A stretch of 64,000 nt of DNA, from NCBI GenBank assembly GCA_030324005.1, contig JARDVH010000025.1, forward strand, positions 45,031,504-45,095,503, written 5' to 3'. The position numbers were made by a program, and so were the translations under genes. This document shows positions 51,190-63,400 of the stretch, one piece after another. A model generated the notes under the pieces. It saw nothing but the letters and a program-made list of their open reading frames with translations, did no database searches and was not told where the DNA came from. Position 1 is the stretch's first letter; each line of letters opens with the position of its first letter. This stretch comes from Negaprion brevirostris. Taxonomy: Eukaryota.

Positions 51190-51700
51190 GAGGTTCGAAG
51201 CAATCACTCACCTTCGAGAAGCAGAGAACACTGGACCTGCAAGGAACACTTTTCACCAGGACAGCAATATAAGAGTTTAATGTTCAAAGCCATCACTCAC
51301 CTTCGGGCAGAAGAGAGCTCCGGACCAGACTCACTTCACCCGGACAGCCCCTGTTCAAACAGCACACTGAGTTTGGAAATAATCCAAGAGTGGTGTCATA
51401 GGAAAGTGGCAAACTGATTGGGTGATGAGAAACTGAGATGAGGAACTGTGTTTAACTAGCTAAAACCAAAAGCATTATTGGGAAAAGTGTCACTTAGTGT
51501 ATCTAGATTTGTTCTAGTCCAAGGGGTAATTTTTACATTTAAGGCATGTGTGGTGAGGTCAGCCAAGTGGAATGTGTGGCTTGTCACATGGGCAGTGCCA
51601 GTACTCTAGATGACCGCATGTGCAGGAAGTGCTGCCAGCTGAAGAAACTGGAGCTCTGGGCTTTGGAGATTGAGCAGTGGCTGGAGATATTGAGAGCATC
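51190..51700 (+). mobile_element. CR1 5' UTR and ORF1 N-terminus (zinc finger plus leucine zipper)
   Basis: VECVACHM...MCRKCCQLKKLELWALEIEQWLEIL (CxxC...CxxC plus heptads), typical of CR1 ORF1p. Confidence 0.7.
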
Positions 51701-51709
51701 CATGTTCTC

Positions 51710-51863
51710 CAACGTGCAGGTTCAGTCAGCAGTTAGGAAGGCAAGTGGAACTGTAGCATTCATGTCGAGAAGGCTAGAACGCAGGAGGAGGGATGTACTT
51801 CTGAGGCTGTATAAGGCTCTGGTCAGAACCCATGTGGAGTATTATGAGCAGTTTTGGGCCCCA
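51710..51863 (+). mobile_element. CR1 ORF2 C-terminal fragment running into a gap
   Basis: VQSAVRKA...LYKALVRTHVEY..QFWAP. Confidence 0.85.
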
Positions 51864-52934
51864 NNNNNNNNNNNNNNNNNNNNNNNNNNNNNNNNNNNNN
51901 NNNNNNNNNNNNNNNNNNNNNNNNNNNNNNNNNNNNNNNNNNNNNNNNNNNNNNNNNNNNNNNNNNNNNNNNNNNNNNNNNNNNNNNNNNNNNNNNNNNN
52001 NNNNNNNNNNNNNNNNNNNNNNNNNNNNNNNNNNNNNNNNNNNNNNNNNNNNNNNNNNNNNNNNNNNNNNNNNNNNNNNNNNNNNNNNNNNNNNNNNNNN
52101 NNNNNNNNNNNNNNNNNNNNNNNNNNNNNNNNNNNNNNNNNNNNNNNNNNNNNNNNNNNNNNNNNNNNNNNNNNNNNNNNNNNNNNNNNNNNNNNNNNNN
52201 NNNNNNNNNNNNNNNNNNNNNNNNNNNNNNNNNNNNNNNNNNNNNNNNNNNNNNNNNNNNNNNNNNNNNNNNNNNNNNNNNNNNNNNNNNNNNNNNNNNN
52301 NNNNNNNNNNNNNNNNNNNNNNNNNNNNNNNNNNNNNNNNNNNNNNNNNNNNNNNNNNNNNNNNNNNNNNNNNNNNNNNNNNNNNNNNNNNNNNNNNNNN
52401 NNNNNNNNNNNNNNNNNNNNNNNNNNNNNNNNNNNNNNNNNNNNNNNNNNNNNNNNNNNNNNNNNNNNNNNNNNNNNNNNNNNNNNNNNNNNNNNNNNNN
52501 NNNNNNNNNNNNNNNNNNNNNNNNNNNNNNNNNNNNNNNNNNNNNNNNNNNNNNNNNNNNNNNNNNNNNNNNNNNNNNNNNNNNNNNNNNNNNNNNNNNN
52601 NNNNNNNNNNNNNNNNNNNNNNNNNNNNNNNNNNNNNNNNNNNNNNNNNNNNNNNNNNNNNNNNNNNNNNNNNNNNNNNNNNNNNNNNNNNNNNNNNNNN
52701 NNNNNNNNNNNNNNTCTACACAACAAACAGTGATAGTCACTGAGCTGTCATGTTGCCCGTCAGATGGTCCAGTTTAAGCATACACTAACGATGTGAAGCA
52801 CTAGGCAACCCTCAAAGCAACATCCAAGAGCAGCCCTCGCACGACCCACCGTGTGTATGCCCCTTGTTGGACAACAAGGCGGATTGAATCACCTGTGAAG
52901 TAAAAGAAAAGACATCAATAAACATGCAAAACTT

Positions 52935-54883
52935 AGATAGACCCAGGCCCTGATGAGATATACCTCAAAGTACTGAGACAGGCAAGGGAGGAAATTGCTG
53001 GGACCTTGAGAGAAACCTTTGTATCCTCACTGCCTACAGGGGAGGTCCCAGATGATTGGAGAATAGCCAATGTTGTTCTGTTGTTTAAGAAGGGTAGCAA
53101 GAATAATCCAGGTAATTACAGGCCCGTGAGCTTACGTCAGTGTTAGGGCAATTACTGGAGAGCATTCTTCGAGACAGGATTTACTCCCACTTGGAAATAA
53201 GTGGACGTATTAGCGAGAGGCAACATGGTTTTGTGAAGGGGAGGTCATTTCCTACTAACTTGATTGAGTTTTTCGAGGAAGTGACAAAGATGATTGAGAA
53301 TAGGGCAGTGGATATTGTCTACATGGACTTCAGTAAGATCTTTGACAAGGTCCCTCATGGCAGGCTGGTGCAGAAAGTGAAGTTGCATGTGATCAGAGGT
53401 GAGCTGGCAAGGTGGATACAGAACTGGCTCAGTCATAGAAGACAGAGGGTATCAGTGGAAAGGTGTGTTTCAAAATGGAGGGCTGTGACAAGTGGCGTTC
53501 CTCAGGGATCAGTGCTGGGACCTTTGCTGTTTGTAATAAATATAAATCATTTGGAGGAAAATGTAACTGGTTTGATTAGTAAAGCTACCTGCACTAGCAA
53601 AGCTACCCGCAAGAATGTTGACCCCAAAGTTGTTCAGATGCAGACTGTCCCTCTTATACATGCCCCTCTTACCCAGAAACGGTCCCAGTATTATAGGAAT
53701 CTAAAACCTTTGCTCTTGCACCAACTCTTGAGCCGCACATTCCTCTACCCTATTTTCCTTTTTCTATACTTGCTAGCATTTGGCACCATGAGTACAAAGA
53801 GCGAAGAAAATTACAGCACAGGAACAGGGCCTTCAGCCCTCCAAGCCTGCACCATGTGGCCCAACTGAACTAAAAACCACCCCCCCCCAACCCTTCCGGG
53901 AACCATATCCCTCTATTCCCATCCTATTCATGTATTTGTCCAGATGCCCTATAGAACTCACTGTTTTAGTAAGTTTGTGGATGACAGAAAGGTTGGTGGA
54001 TTTGCGGATGGTGATGAGGTCCATCAGAGCATACAGCAGGATATAGATCGGTTGGAGGGTTGGAAAGATGGCAGATGGAGTTTAATTTGGGCATTAATGC
54101 ATTTTGGAAGGTCTAATAAAGATAGGAAATATACAGTAAATGGCATAACCCTTAAGAATTCTGATAGGCAGATAGAATATTGATCTTGGTGTACAGATAC
54201 ACAGGTCACTGAAAGTGGCAATGCAGGTGGAGAAGGGAGTCAAGAAGGCATATGGCATGTTTGCCTTCATTGGCCAGGGCATTGAGTTTAAAAATTGGCA
54301 AGTCATCTTGCAGCCTTACAGAACATTATTTAGGCAGCACTTGGAATATAATATTAAATTCTGGTCGCCACACTACCAGAAGGATGTGGAGGCTTTGGAG
54401 AGGTTACAGAAAAGATTTACCAGGATATTGCATGGCATGGAGGGCACTAGCTATGAAGGGAGGTTGGAGAAACTTGGTTTGTCCTCACTGGAATGATAGA
54501 GGTTGAGGGGCGACCTGATAGAAGTCTGCTAGATTATGAGGGGCACGGACAGAGTGAATAGTCAGAAGCTTTTTCCTAGGGAGGAAGAGTCAATTACTAG
54601 GCGGCATAGGTTTAAGGTGCAAGGGGCAAAATTTAAAGGAGATGTACAAGGCAAATCTTTTACACAGAAGATGGTGGGTGTCTGGAACTCACTGCTGGGG
54701 GAGGCAGTGGAAGCACATACGACAGTAAGTTTTATAGGGCATCTGGACAAATACATGAAAGGATGGGAATAGAGGGATATGGTCCCCGGAAGGGTGGGGG
54801 GGTTTTAGTTCAGTTGGGCCACATGGTGCAGGCTTGGAGGGCTGAAGGCCCTGTTCCTGTGCTGTAATTTTCTTCGCTCTTTG
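52935..54883 (+). mobile_element. 5'-truncated CR1/HER1 LINE interrupted by an inverted insertion at 53583-53965
   Basis: PGPD, WRIANV, YMDFSKIFDKVPH, SGVPQGSVLGPLLF, (split) ISKFVDD, TRRH and a 3' tail TTTTCTTCGCTCTTTG. Confidence 0.93.
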
Positions 54884-55088
54884 TACTCATGGTGCCAAAT
54901 GCTAGCAAGTATAGAAAAAGGAAAATAGGGTAGAGGAATGTGTGGCTCAAGAGTTGGTGCAAGAGCAAAGGTTTTAGATTCCTGTAATACTGGGACCGTT
55001 TCTGGGTAAGATGGGACATGTATAGAGGGACAGTCTGCATCTGAACCACACTGGGGGCCAACATCCTTGCGGGTAGCTTTGCTAGTGC
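53591..55088. repeat. ~370-bp inverted repeat pair: 53591-53964 and 54722-55088
   Basis: The two arms are reverse complements with scattered mismatches. The ORF track shows the same peptide (...QKRSQYYRNLKPLLLHQLLS...ACTMWPN) on opposite strands. Confidence 0.95.
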
Positions 55089-55815
55089 TGTTGGGAGGAG
55101 TTTAAACTAGTTTGCCAGGGAAGAGACACAACATTAGTAAAATAAAGACACGTTCTACGTAACAAAAGCATGTCAGAGTTACTTTAGCTGTGTTGAGTGT
55201 CAAGAAAATAAGGCAAGGTTTAATGCTAGAAGTGTAATAGGTAAGACTGATGAGGGCATGGATTGACACATGGAATTGTGATATTGTTGCCATCTCAGAA
55301 ACATGGCTGAGGAAAGGGCAGGACTGGCAACTCAACATTCTGGGGTATGGGATCTTTAGCCAAGACAGAGGAGGGTGTAAAAAGTGTGATGGTGTTGTAC
55401 TATTAGTTAAGGTGTCAATTATTGCAATACGGAGGGTTGATGTCTTGGAAGAGTCTTCAAATAGGGCTTTGTGGGTAGAATTTAAGAATATAAAGAAGAC
55501 AGCCAAATTACTGGGAGTGTATTATAAGCCCCCCAAAGGATCAACAGCAAATAGAAGAGCAGATATGTAGACAATTCAGTGAAGTGTATAAAAATAATAA
55601 TTGGATAATTAAAACATAGAACTTCAACTTCCCCAATATCAGTTGGGATCGTCACAGTATAAAGGGTTGAGGGAGCAGATTTCTTGAAATGTATTTCAGT
55701 ATCAATATGTAGAAGGGATGGAGCAATGCTGGATCTGGTTCTGGGAACGAAGCTGGACAAGTGTTCAATGTGGCAGTGGGGGAACATTTTCAAGATAGTG
55801 ACCACAACTTTCTGA
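54884..55815 (+). mobile_element. Older CR1: ORF1 esterase C-terminus and ORF2 APE endonuclease
   Basis: RNVWLKSWCKSKGFRFL..WDRFW (SGNH-esterase region); FNARSV, DIVAISETWL, LLGVYYKPP, NFPNI, LDLVL and DSDHN. Confidence 0.85.
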
Positions 55816-56799
55816 TGGCTCACATATGTTACGGGCAAGCTAAGGGCAAAATGTCAGCCATGACTGGCAGAATCCCAGGCATAGCTCAATCTGAGCACAA
55901 TTGCTGAGGGCTTCGAGATAATGGTAGGCCTTCAGGACTGCCAAGGGCATCTCAAGCAACTGGGTGTGGAAGGCAGCATAAGCACAGCTAGATTTAGTGG
56001 TAGGCCTAGCAAGATGAAGGAGTAATTGGGACAGAGTGGACACAGATGAAGTTAGGCACCAGTAGTTAGGGTTTAAACAATGTGTCGCAATCACAAGTCA
56101 CACAATGGAAATCTTTTCTGACTTTGACCCCTCTCCCACAGGAGAGGTTTTAGATGCCTTTATCCCATCTGAACACAGCTCTTCCCACAGGCCCTTGAAG
56201 CAATGCGGACAGTAAGAACCAATCACACTGACAATGACAGACATCCTACTGTCAATCTGTAAACCCTTCACCTTGCCCATTTTCTCTGTTTGAAGCTACA
56301 GAATAAAGGAATGTGCCCCCAACTCTCACACAGACATGAGCGCAGGAGTCAGTTAGCTGTCAGCAAACAAGGAGTCAGACATAAGCAGAATCAGAGGAAC
56401 ATCACAGCTTTCCTCATTTTGTATCATCATCACGCTCCTGCCTTGGCATGCGAGTCAAACACATGGATAACCCAGTACCGTGATCATGAACCCTTCCACA
56501 GGTGCGGGGGGATCGGGTTGGGGGTGGTTCAGGAATGATGGTTTTGGGGTGGGATGTTGTGAAGCTACCAGTCAACAAGCTGTCTATTGGGAGAACCTGG
56601 AAGTAACAAAGTCATCCCTAGTGTTCCCGCCCACATACATCCTGGCTGCTGCCTTTCCTCCAGGTTTTCCTCTGGCTCTCCCTCCTGGTCCTCTTCCAGG
56701 TAAATTGGAATCAAAGATTTGCAAGCACAACTGGAGTGGACAAAAGATTGCCTTTAAAGTGGGGGTTAGTTAAGGTACATTCGAGATATATTTTCTTGA

Positions 56800-57352
56800 T
56801 GGTGAAAAGTACAGCAAACAAATCCAGAGTTCCCTGGATGATGAAAGTGGTAGTGATGAAACAATAAGAAGGTGTGTATAGCAGATGTCAATTTGAAAAT
56901 GCGAGTCAAAACCATGGTGAAAAGAGCATAAGACACCAGCAACTAATATAAGCACATGAGCAGTAAAAGGAGGGGTCGATTAAGGATCAGAAAGGGGATG
57001 TGCAGATGGAGGCAGAGGGCATGCAGAGGTACTAAATGAGTATTTCATGTCTATTTACCAAGGAGGATGTTACCAAAGTCATGGTAAAAGCAGTTACATC
57101 ACTGGATGGACTACAAAGTTAAAAAAGAAGAGTTATTAAAAAAGCTGGTTGTACTTTAAAGTTGATAAGTAACCAGGACCAGATGGAGTGTATCCAAGGT
57201 TTGTGAGGGAAATAAGTCAGAAGATTACAAAAGGACGTGCAAATGTTCTCTACCCTCCTGAGATACAGAGATGGTGCCAGAGGACTGGAGAATCGCAAAT
57301 GTTACACTTATTCTAAAAGAGTATAATGATAAACCCAGCAATGACAGGCCAG
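56800..57352 (+). mobile_element. Degenerate CR1 ORF2 linker / pre-RT segment
   Basis: EVLNEYF, PGPDGVYPR and VPEDWRIANVT motifs; cut by the SINE at 57353. Confidence 0.75.
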
Positions 57353-57700
57353 GGGCGGCACGGTAGCACAGTGGTTAGCACTGCTGCTTCACGGCTTCAG
57401 GGTCCTAGGTTTGATTCCTGGCTCGGGTCACTGTCTGTGTGGAGTTTGCACATTCTCCTCGTGTCTGCGTGGGTTTCTGCCAGGTACTCCGGTTTCCTCC
57501 CACAGTCCAAAGATGTGCGGGTTAGATTGATTGGCCATGCTACGAAATTGCCCCTTAGTATCCAGGGATGCGTAGGTTAGAGGGATTAGTGGGCATAATA
57601 TATAGGGATATAGGGTTAGGCCTGGGTGGGATTGTGTTTGGTGCAGACTTGATGGGCCGAAGGGCCTCTTTCTGCACTGTAGGGTTCTATGATCTATGAT
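57353..57700 (+). mobile_element. HE1 V-SINE, tail type A, full length
   Basis: GGGCGGCACGGTAGCACAGTGGTTAGCAC head and tail ...GGTTCTATGATCTATGA. Confidence 0.93.
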
Positions 57701-58037
57701 TTATTTCTTCATTCTTATTTATTCATTGGGACATGGGCGTCGCTGGCTGGGCCAGCATTTATTGCCCATCCCTAGTTGCCCTTGGAGGGCTCCAGATTGC
57801 TGTGGCTCTGGAGTCACATGTAGGCCAAACCAGGTAAGGACGGCAGATTTCCTTCCCTAAAGTGAACCAGATGGGTTTTTTCCAACAACGGTTTCATGGT
57901 TATCAGTAGAGTCTTAATTCCAGATATTTTTTATTGAATCCACCATTTGCCGTGGCGGGATTCGAACCCGGGACCCCAGAACATTAGCTGAGTTTCTGGA
58001 TTAATAATATAGCAATAACATAACTCGTCATCGCCTC
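57701..58037 (-). mobile_element. tRNA-derived SINE of a second family
   Basis: Minus-strand B box GGGTTCGAATCCC; tail GGGATGGGCAATAAATGCTGGCCCAGCC..., also seen at ~21365-21470. Confidence 0.8.
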
Positions 58038-58504
58038 GCTGGACATATGAGCGGAAGTGGGGGATGGGGGTGGGGCTGGTACAATGATTTAATTCAAACG
58101 TGCGTATTTTTTCTGCATATTTTTCTGCAATATTCTGTTTCCTGTTGTTACGAGGCACTTGGGGATGTGTGATGGTGATTGTGTAAGCACCTGTTAAATC
58201 ACACACATATTCTCCGCACGGTAACCACAGAGTGTCTCACGCCAGATTTCCCTCATGAATGGAAAGGCTTTGAATTAGGACAGCAGAATAATTTAACCAA
58301 TACTGGTTATTGACCTGCTCCGGGCCAGTGAGTTGCAGGAGTATTTGGAGAAGAGACACGGGATCTGCTCACTCTTTAAAGCAAGTTAAACACTTAGCTA
58401 TTCACAACCCCCGACATCCCAAATCGAATGGTGATCTGACATCAGAAACATAATGGCCAATTGGATTAAAGCATGACAAAGATGCATTTTTGATTTGATG
58501 TGTT

Positions 58505-58953
58505 ACTGGAGCATGGGAAACAATGAAATTTGGCACATCCGCCACAACTCTCACCAAATTTTACAGATGCACCAGAGAAAGCATCCTTTCTGGTTGCATC
58601 ACAGCTTGGCATGGGCTCCTGCTCTGCCCAAGACCGCAAAGAACTACAAAATGTTGTGAACGTAGCCCAATCCATCACACAAGCCAGCCTCCCGTCCACT
58701 GACTCTGTCTACACTTCCCGCTGCCTCGGAAAAGCATAATTAAGGATCCCGGGCACCCCAAACATATTCTCTTCCACCTTCTTCCGTCAGGAAAATGATA
58801 CAAAGGTCTGAGGACTGCAAAACTACACTCTGCGCTCTCTTGTTTCCTTCTCTATGAATGGTATGCACTGTCTGTATGGTACCCAAAAAAAAATACATTT
58901 TCACTGTATGCAAATACATATGACAATAATAAACCAAATCAAATCAAATCAAA
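58505..58953 (+). mobile_element. Rex1/Babar-like LINE 3' fragment
   Basis: GSCSAQDRKELQNVVNVAQSITQASLPS..SVYTSRC; tail TGACAATAATAAACC(AAATC)3. Confidence 0.8.
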
Positions 58954-59202
58954 ATGTATTGGGATACAATGAAAAGTATTGTTTCGTGGGCGCTATATAG
59001 ATAAAGTACACTGTTCATAGAATACATAGGAGAGAAGGAAAGGAGGGAGTGCAGGATGTAGTATTACAGTCATAGCGAGGGTGTAGAGAAAGATCAACTA
59101 AATGCGAGGTAAGTCCATTCAAAAGTCTGACGGCAGCAGGGAAGAAGCTGTTCTTATGTCGGTTGGTACGTGATCTCAGACGTTTGTATCTTTTTCCTGA
59201 TG
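58954..59202 (-). mobile_element. Second Rex1/Babar-like 3' fragment, tail-to-tail with the previous one
   Basis: Collinear with 10093-10330. Confidence 0.75.
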
Positions 59203-59322
59203 NNNNNNNNNNNNNNNNNNNNNNNNNNNNNNNNNNNNNNNNNNNNNNNNNNNNNNNNNNNNNNNNNNNNNNNNNNNNNNNNNNNNNNNNNNNNNNNNNN
59301 NNCTATCCAGGCCTTTCAATAT

Positions 59323-59476
59323 TCAGTCCAAAGATGTGCTGGTTAGGTGGATTGGCCATGCTAAATTCTCCCTCAGTGTGCCCAAACAGGTGGTGGAGTA
59401 TGGCAACTAGTGGATTTTCACAGTAACTTATTTGCAGTGTTAATGTAAGCCTATTTGGGACAAATAAATAAACAAA
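59323..59476 (+). mobile_element. V-SINE 3' part, tail type B
   Basis: CAGTCCAAAGATGTGCTGGTTAGGTGGATTGGCCATGCTAAATTCTCCCTCAGTG...ACAAATAAATAAAC. Confidence 0.85.
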
Positions 59477-59479
59477 CCT

Positions 59480-60420
59480 CTGGAGGACTGGAAGAAATAC
59501 ACAGTGGAGTTCCCTGGTGTTTGGTGTTAGGACCACTGCTTTTCTTGGTATATATTAGTTACCTAAACTTGTGTATACATGAGACAAATTCAAAATTTGC
59601 AGCTAACACAAAACTTAGAATTATTGTGAGCTATGAGTAGGATTGAGGTATGCTTCAAGAGGTCGAAGGCTGATTGAATGGAGGGACACATGACTGATCA
59701 AAATTTATGCCGAAGATTGTGATATAATACATTTTGACAGGAGGTAATAGAGGGGCAATATAAGAAAAGCTAATATAAAACAAAAGGATGCTTTTCTAAA
59801 AAGATTGCATAGAGAGACTTGAGGTACATGTTTTATATGTGCACAAATTGTTTAAGGTGGCATGGCAGGTTGTGAAAGTAGCCATGAAGGTTAATGGAAA
59901 CATGGGCTTTATAGAGGCATAGAGTCGAGAAGCAAGAAAACCATGATGAAGCTTTCTAAAACATGACTTTATCCTCAACGGGAATATTGTGACCAATTCT
60001 GTGTTCCACACGTTAGGAAGGTATGAAGGCACTAGAGAAGATGCAGAAAATATTGATGCGAATCATTCCAGGGGTGTGGGATCTCATTTACGAGGGTAAA
60101 TTTGTTCTTGGAGAACAGAAATTTGAGAGGAGATTTGATGGAACTTTTCAAATCCATGAGGGATCTAGATAGAGTAGATAGGAAAAATATCTTTTCTATT
60201 GGTGGAAGGGTCAAGAACCAGAGGACGCTGATATAAGCAGAATGGCAAAAGAAGCAAAGGTGACATGAGGAGAATGCTCTTCACCCAGTGAGTGTTTAGA
60301 TCCAGAATATATTATCTGAGAGTGTGATGGAGGCAGATTCAATTGGGGCTTTTGAAAAGGAATTGGATAAAACCTGAAAATAATTAATTTACAAGGCAAC
60401 TGAAAAAGATTCTATGATGG
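59480..60420 (+). mobile_element. Heavily decayed CR1 RT and C-terminal segment
   Basis: SGVP..LVLGPLLFLVYI, SKFAANTKL and LRGDL..FK motifs. Confidence 0.75.
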
Positions 60421-62004
60421 CACCGGATTGAGGTGACTTCGTGCAAGCTGTGCCTAGCATACCTTCTAATCAAATCAAACAAAAAGACCCTGGGATTGAA
60501 GTTAGCTGATTTGCTCTTGCAGATGGACTTCATTGGTAATGTAACCATTCTATGTGATCAAATGCACCATGAACCGAAATTCCTGGATTGGCTAATTTTA
60601 GCAAAAGGCAGAGGTCAGTAAAAAATTATAGAGTCCCAGTTTCTAGACACTTCTAGTTTTCTCCTACAATGAATGAAGACAAGAATTTCAACTCCAAGTC
60701 ATCTTACAGCTAAATATGTTGTAAAATATGTATGTTGAGTTTGCCTTCTCAATGATGTTTAACTTATCTGTATTAACCATTTCAATTTTCTTTGCTGCTT
60801 TTTCTAAATGGTTCTTCATTCCAATGAAGCAACATATACAATGCAGATGCAACCAAATGAATTCTGTAACATGTAGTCACTGAGAAATTTGTGAACTTAC
60901 TTCATGGTGTGCTGGAAATAAAATTGAACAAGGAATAGTTATTTAAGATCCCCAAGAAAGTAAATTTGCTCAAAAAATTTTATTTACAAAAATAAAAAAA
61001 CTGCTGCATCTGGTGCCACTCAGGCACTTAAAAGGCCCGCACTGGGCCTTCCCCTGGGATGAAAGATCCTGGGAGTAGAAGTCCTTCCAGCTGAGAAGCT
61101 GACAGCTCTTCTGGATTCAGGAACACCATCCGAGAGTTGGTAGTGGCTGCTTCCAATACTGCAACCACTCGAAGTCTCAAATTGAGGAGAAACCCAGACA
61201 TAGTGCACAATAATGGGAAGGTGGTGACTGGAGAAGGAGAAGCGGGATCAGCAGTAAAATATTGGGTTAGATTTCAGTAGTTCCTTTGGTCAGGCAATGA
61301 ATACCTTTGAACATGAAATGCTCCCTAGCAGCCTGCAAGCAAAAACACCAGGGTTCCCACTTGATTAAGCCTCCTAGGTTGATGAGACCCTTAAGGGACC
61401 TCAACTGGTGGCAGGCCAGGAAGGCCATCCACAGGCCTTCTGCTCTAGATTTAATTGGGATGTTGGCAGAAACATAGTGAGGTCCATACCTACCCATCCT
61501 GTCGAACCATCCATCACCAGACTTGCCATGGTGGATAATATTAAATTTTGCCCATTAACTCAATTTCACCCACCACAGATGCTGCCAGATCTGCTCAGTG
61601 TTTCTAACATTTTCTATTTTTGTTTTACTTCTTTCACTTCACTCTGCTCCATCCTCAATGTGATAGAAGTTCTTAAATTTGTGAATAGCCTGGGCTCATT
61701 GGAGGAATAATTGGGAAAGTATTGCCAAATCTTACTTAGACAGTTAATTCTCATGCTTTCACTCCATCTGTTGAATTACAATGCGTAACCTCAAATGAAA
61801 TGACAATTTCCACAGGTCGTTGAATGTCCATAGTGACTGTGACTCCTCCAGTGGATTTCTCCAGGTTTTTCAATGCAAGTTCCAGCCAAACCAGCCAGCT
61901 GACTTCCAATGAGACTACAATCCTAACACTGAAGTAAATTAATCAGAGGATTCCCATTGCCATCAAAGCATAAGCAGAATTACTGCTGAATTCAGAAGTT
62001 TGAT

Positions 62005-62296
62005 TTTAAAGTTAATTTATTAGTCACAAGTAGGCTTACATTAGCACTGCAATGAAGTTACTGTGAAAATTCCCAACAACAGTTCGGATACACTAAGGGA
62101 GAATTTAGCATTGCCAATCCATCTAACCAGCACTTCTTTCGGACTGTGGGAGGAAACTGGAGCAGCCAGAGGAAACCCCCGCAGATGCAAGGTGAACATG
62201 CAGACTCCACATAGACAGTGACCCAAGATGGGAATTGAACCCACATCCCTGGTGCTGTGAAGCAGCAGTGCTAACCACTGTGCTATCATGCTGCCC
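62005..62296 (-). mobile_element. HE1-like V-SINE, tail type B, full length
   Basis: The minus strand shows a GGGCAGCATGATAGCACAGTGGTTAGCAC head, GGTTCAATTCCC B box and tail GTAAGCCTACTTGTGACTAATAAAT. Confidence 0.9.
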
Positions 62297-63199
62297 TAAT
62301 AACCACTTGCTTGGAAAACAAACTAAAAACCGAGCAGCAAAGCCAGAAATCTATCTAAATAGCCAGTAAAAGTATGGAGCAAGGAGATGGAATTTTAAAC
62401 AATAGTAGAAGGAACCAGAGCATAAACTCATTGAGAACAAGGGAAGCAAAAACAGAAAATGCTGGAAAATCTCATCAGTTCTGACAGCATCTGTGGAGAG
62501 AGAATAAAGTTTTTGAATAAATTGGATCACTGCATTGTAACGCGAAAAGCACTGCCCATCACCAAGATTGCAGAGAGGTAAGAGTTAAACCCAAATCTGT
62601 AGATGAGATGGAAAATATGATGGAGTATGTTAATGTTCCTGCAGATGCAAATTAATCTAAGCTGTCACATGGGAAGTGGCATTTTGCTGTTTCCTACAGT
62701 ATGTATATTTCCCAAAGGTTTTGTTTTTTTTAAGCTTTTAAATGGAACAGTATTCTCCCCCTGAAATAAATAGACATAATTATCTCCATTTGTATTTCTA
62801 GAACACCCAGTCGAATTTAACAACTGTTGGCTTATTCAGAGTTGAGTGGGGAAGAGGGATGAAGGCTTCCTGCATAATTAAGAGTAAAACTGAGGTGATC
62901 AATTCATGTCCCAATTACAAAGAAACATTATTGTAATAAAAACCCAGATTTGGGGACAAATGAACAAAGTATTGTGATTATTATAAATAAAATCATACTC
63001 TCTCCCAAACCACTATGGATTTGATCAATTTCTACCATTTTTTAAAAATGAAGACTTGCTGATATGAATTTGACAAAATAATGGTATCAGATTTATCTTG
63101 GTGATCACATAGACTTGGTTTGTTTGGAAAATAACACTTCTTTCAAAACGTCTCATAGTATTGCTCATTTTAAAGTCTTAAATTTTGTATAGATAAAAC

Positions 63200-63400
63200 A
63201 TATCGACCATGCTTTGTCCAATAAGACCCCATAAGCATGTTTTACATAGGATACATGCTTACGGGGTCTTTAACATCCATCTGAACTACTACAGCATGCA
63301 AACAGGGCTTGGTTTAAGGTTTTATCTAAACAACAGTACTTTCAGCAATGTAATTCTCTGTGCTATACAACAGAGAATTGATATAGCACAATGTAATTTA
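63200..63400 (-). mobile_element. Degenerate Deu-domain SINE fragment
   Basis: GGGGTCTTTAACATCCATCTGA...CTTGGTTTAAGGTTTTATCTAAA resembles 3855-3920. Confidence 0.4.

Noticed and set aside
51546-52777. Long ORFs of 294-395 aa (also 19669-20785)
   Set aside because: Their length comes from N runs translated as X.
53140-53868. Novel 242-aa RT fusion protein with a hydrophobic C-terminus
   Set aside because: Read-through from a dead CR1 RT into the inverted insert. The catalytic motif is split off and there is no evidence of expression.
57353-57425. tRNA gene (A and B boxes)
   Set aside because: It is the head of an HE1 SINE and runs directly into the V domain; the same applies to the other copies.
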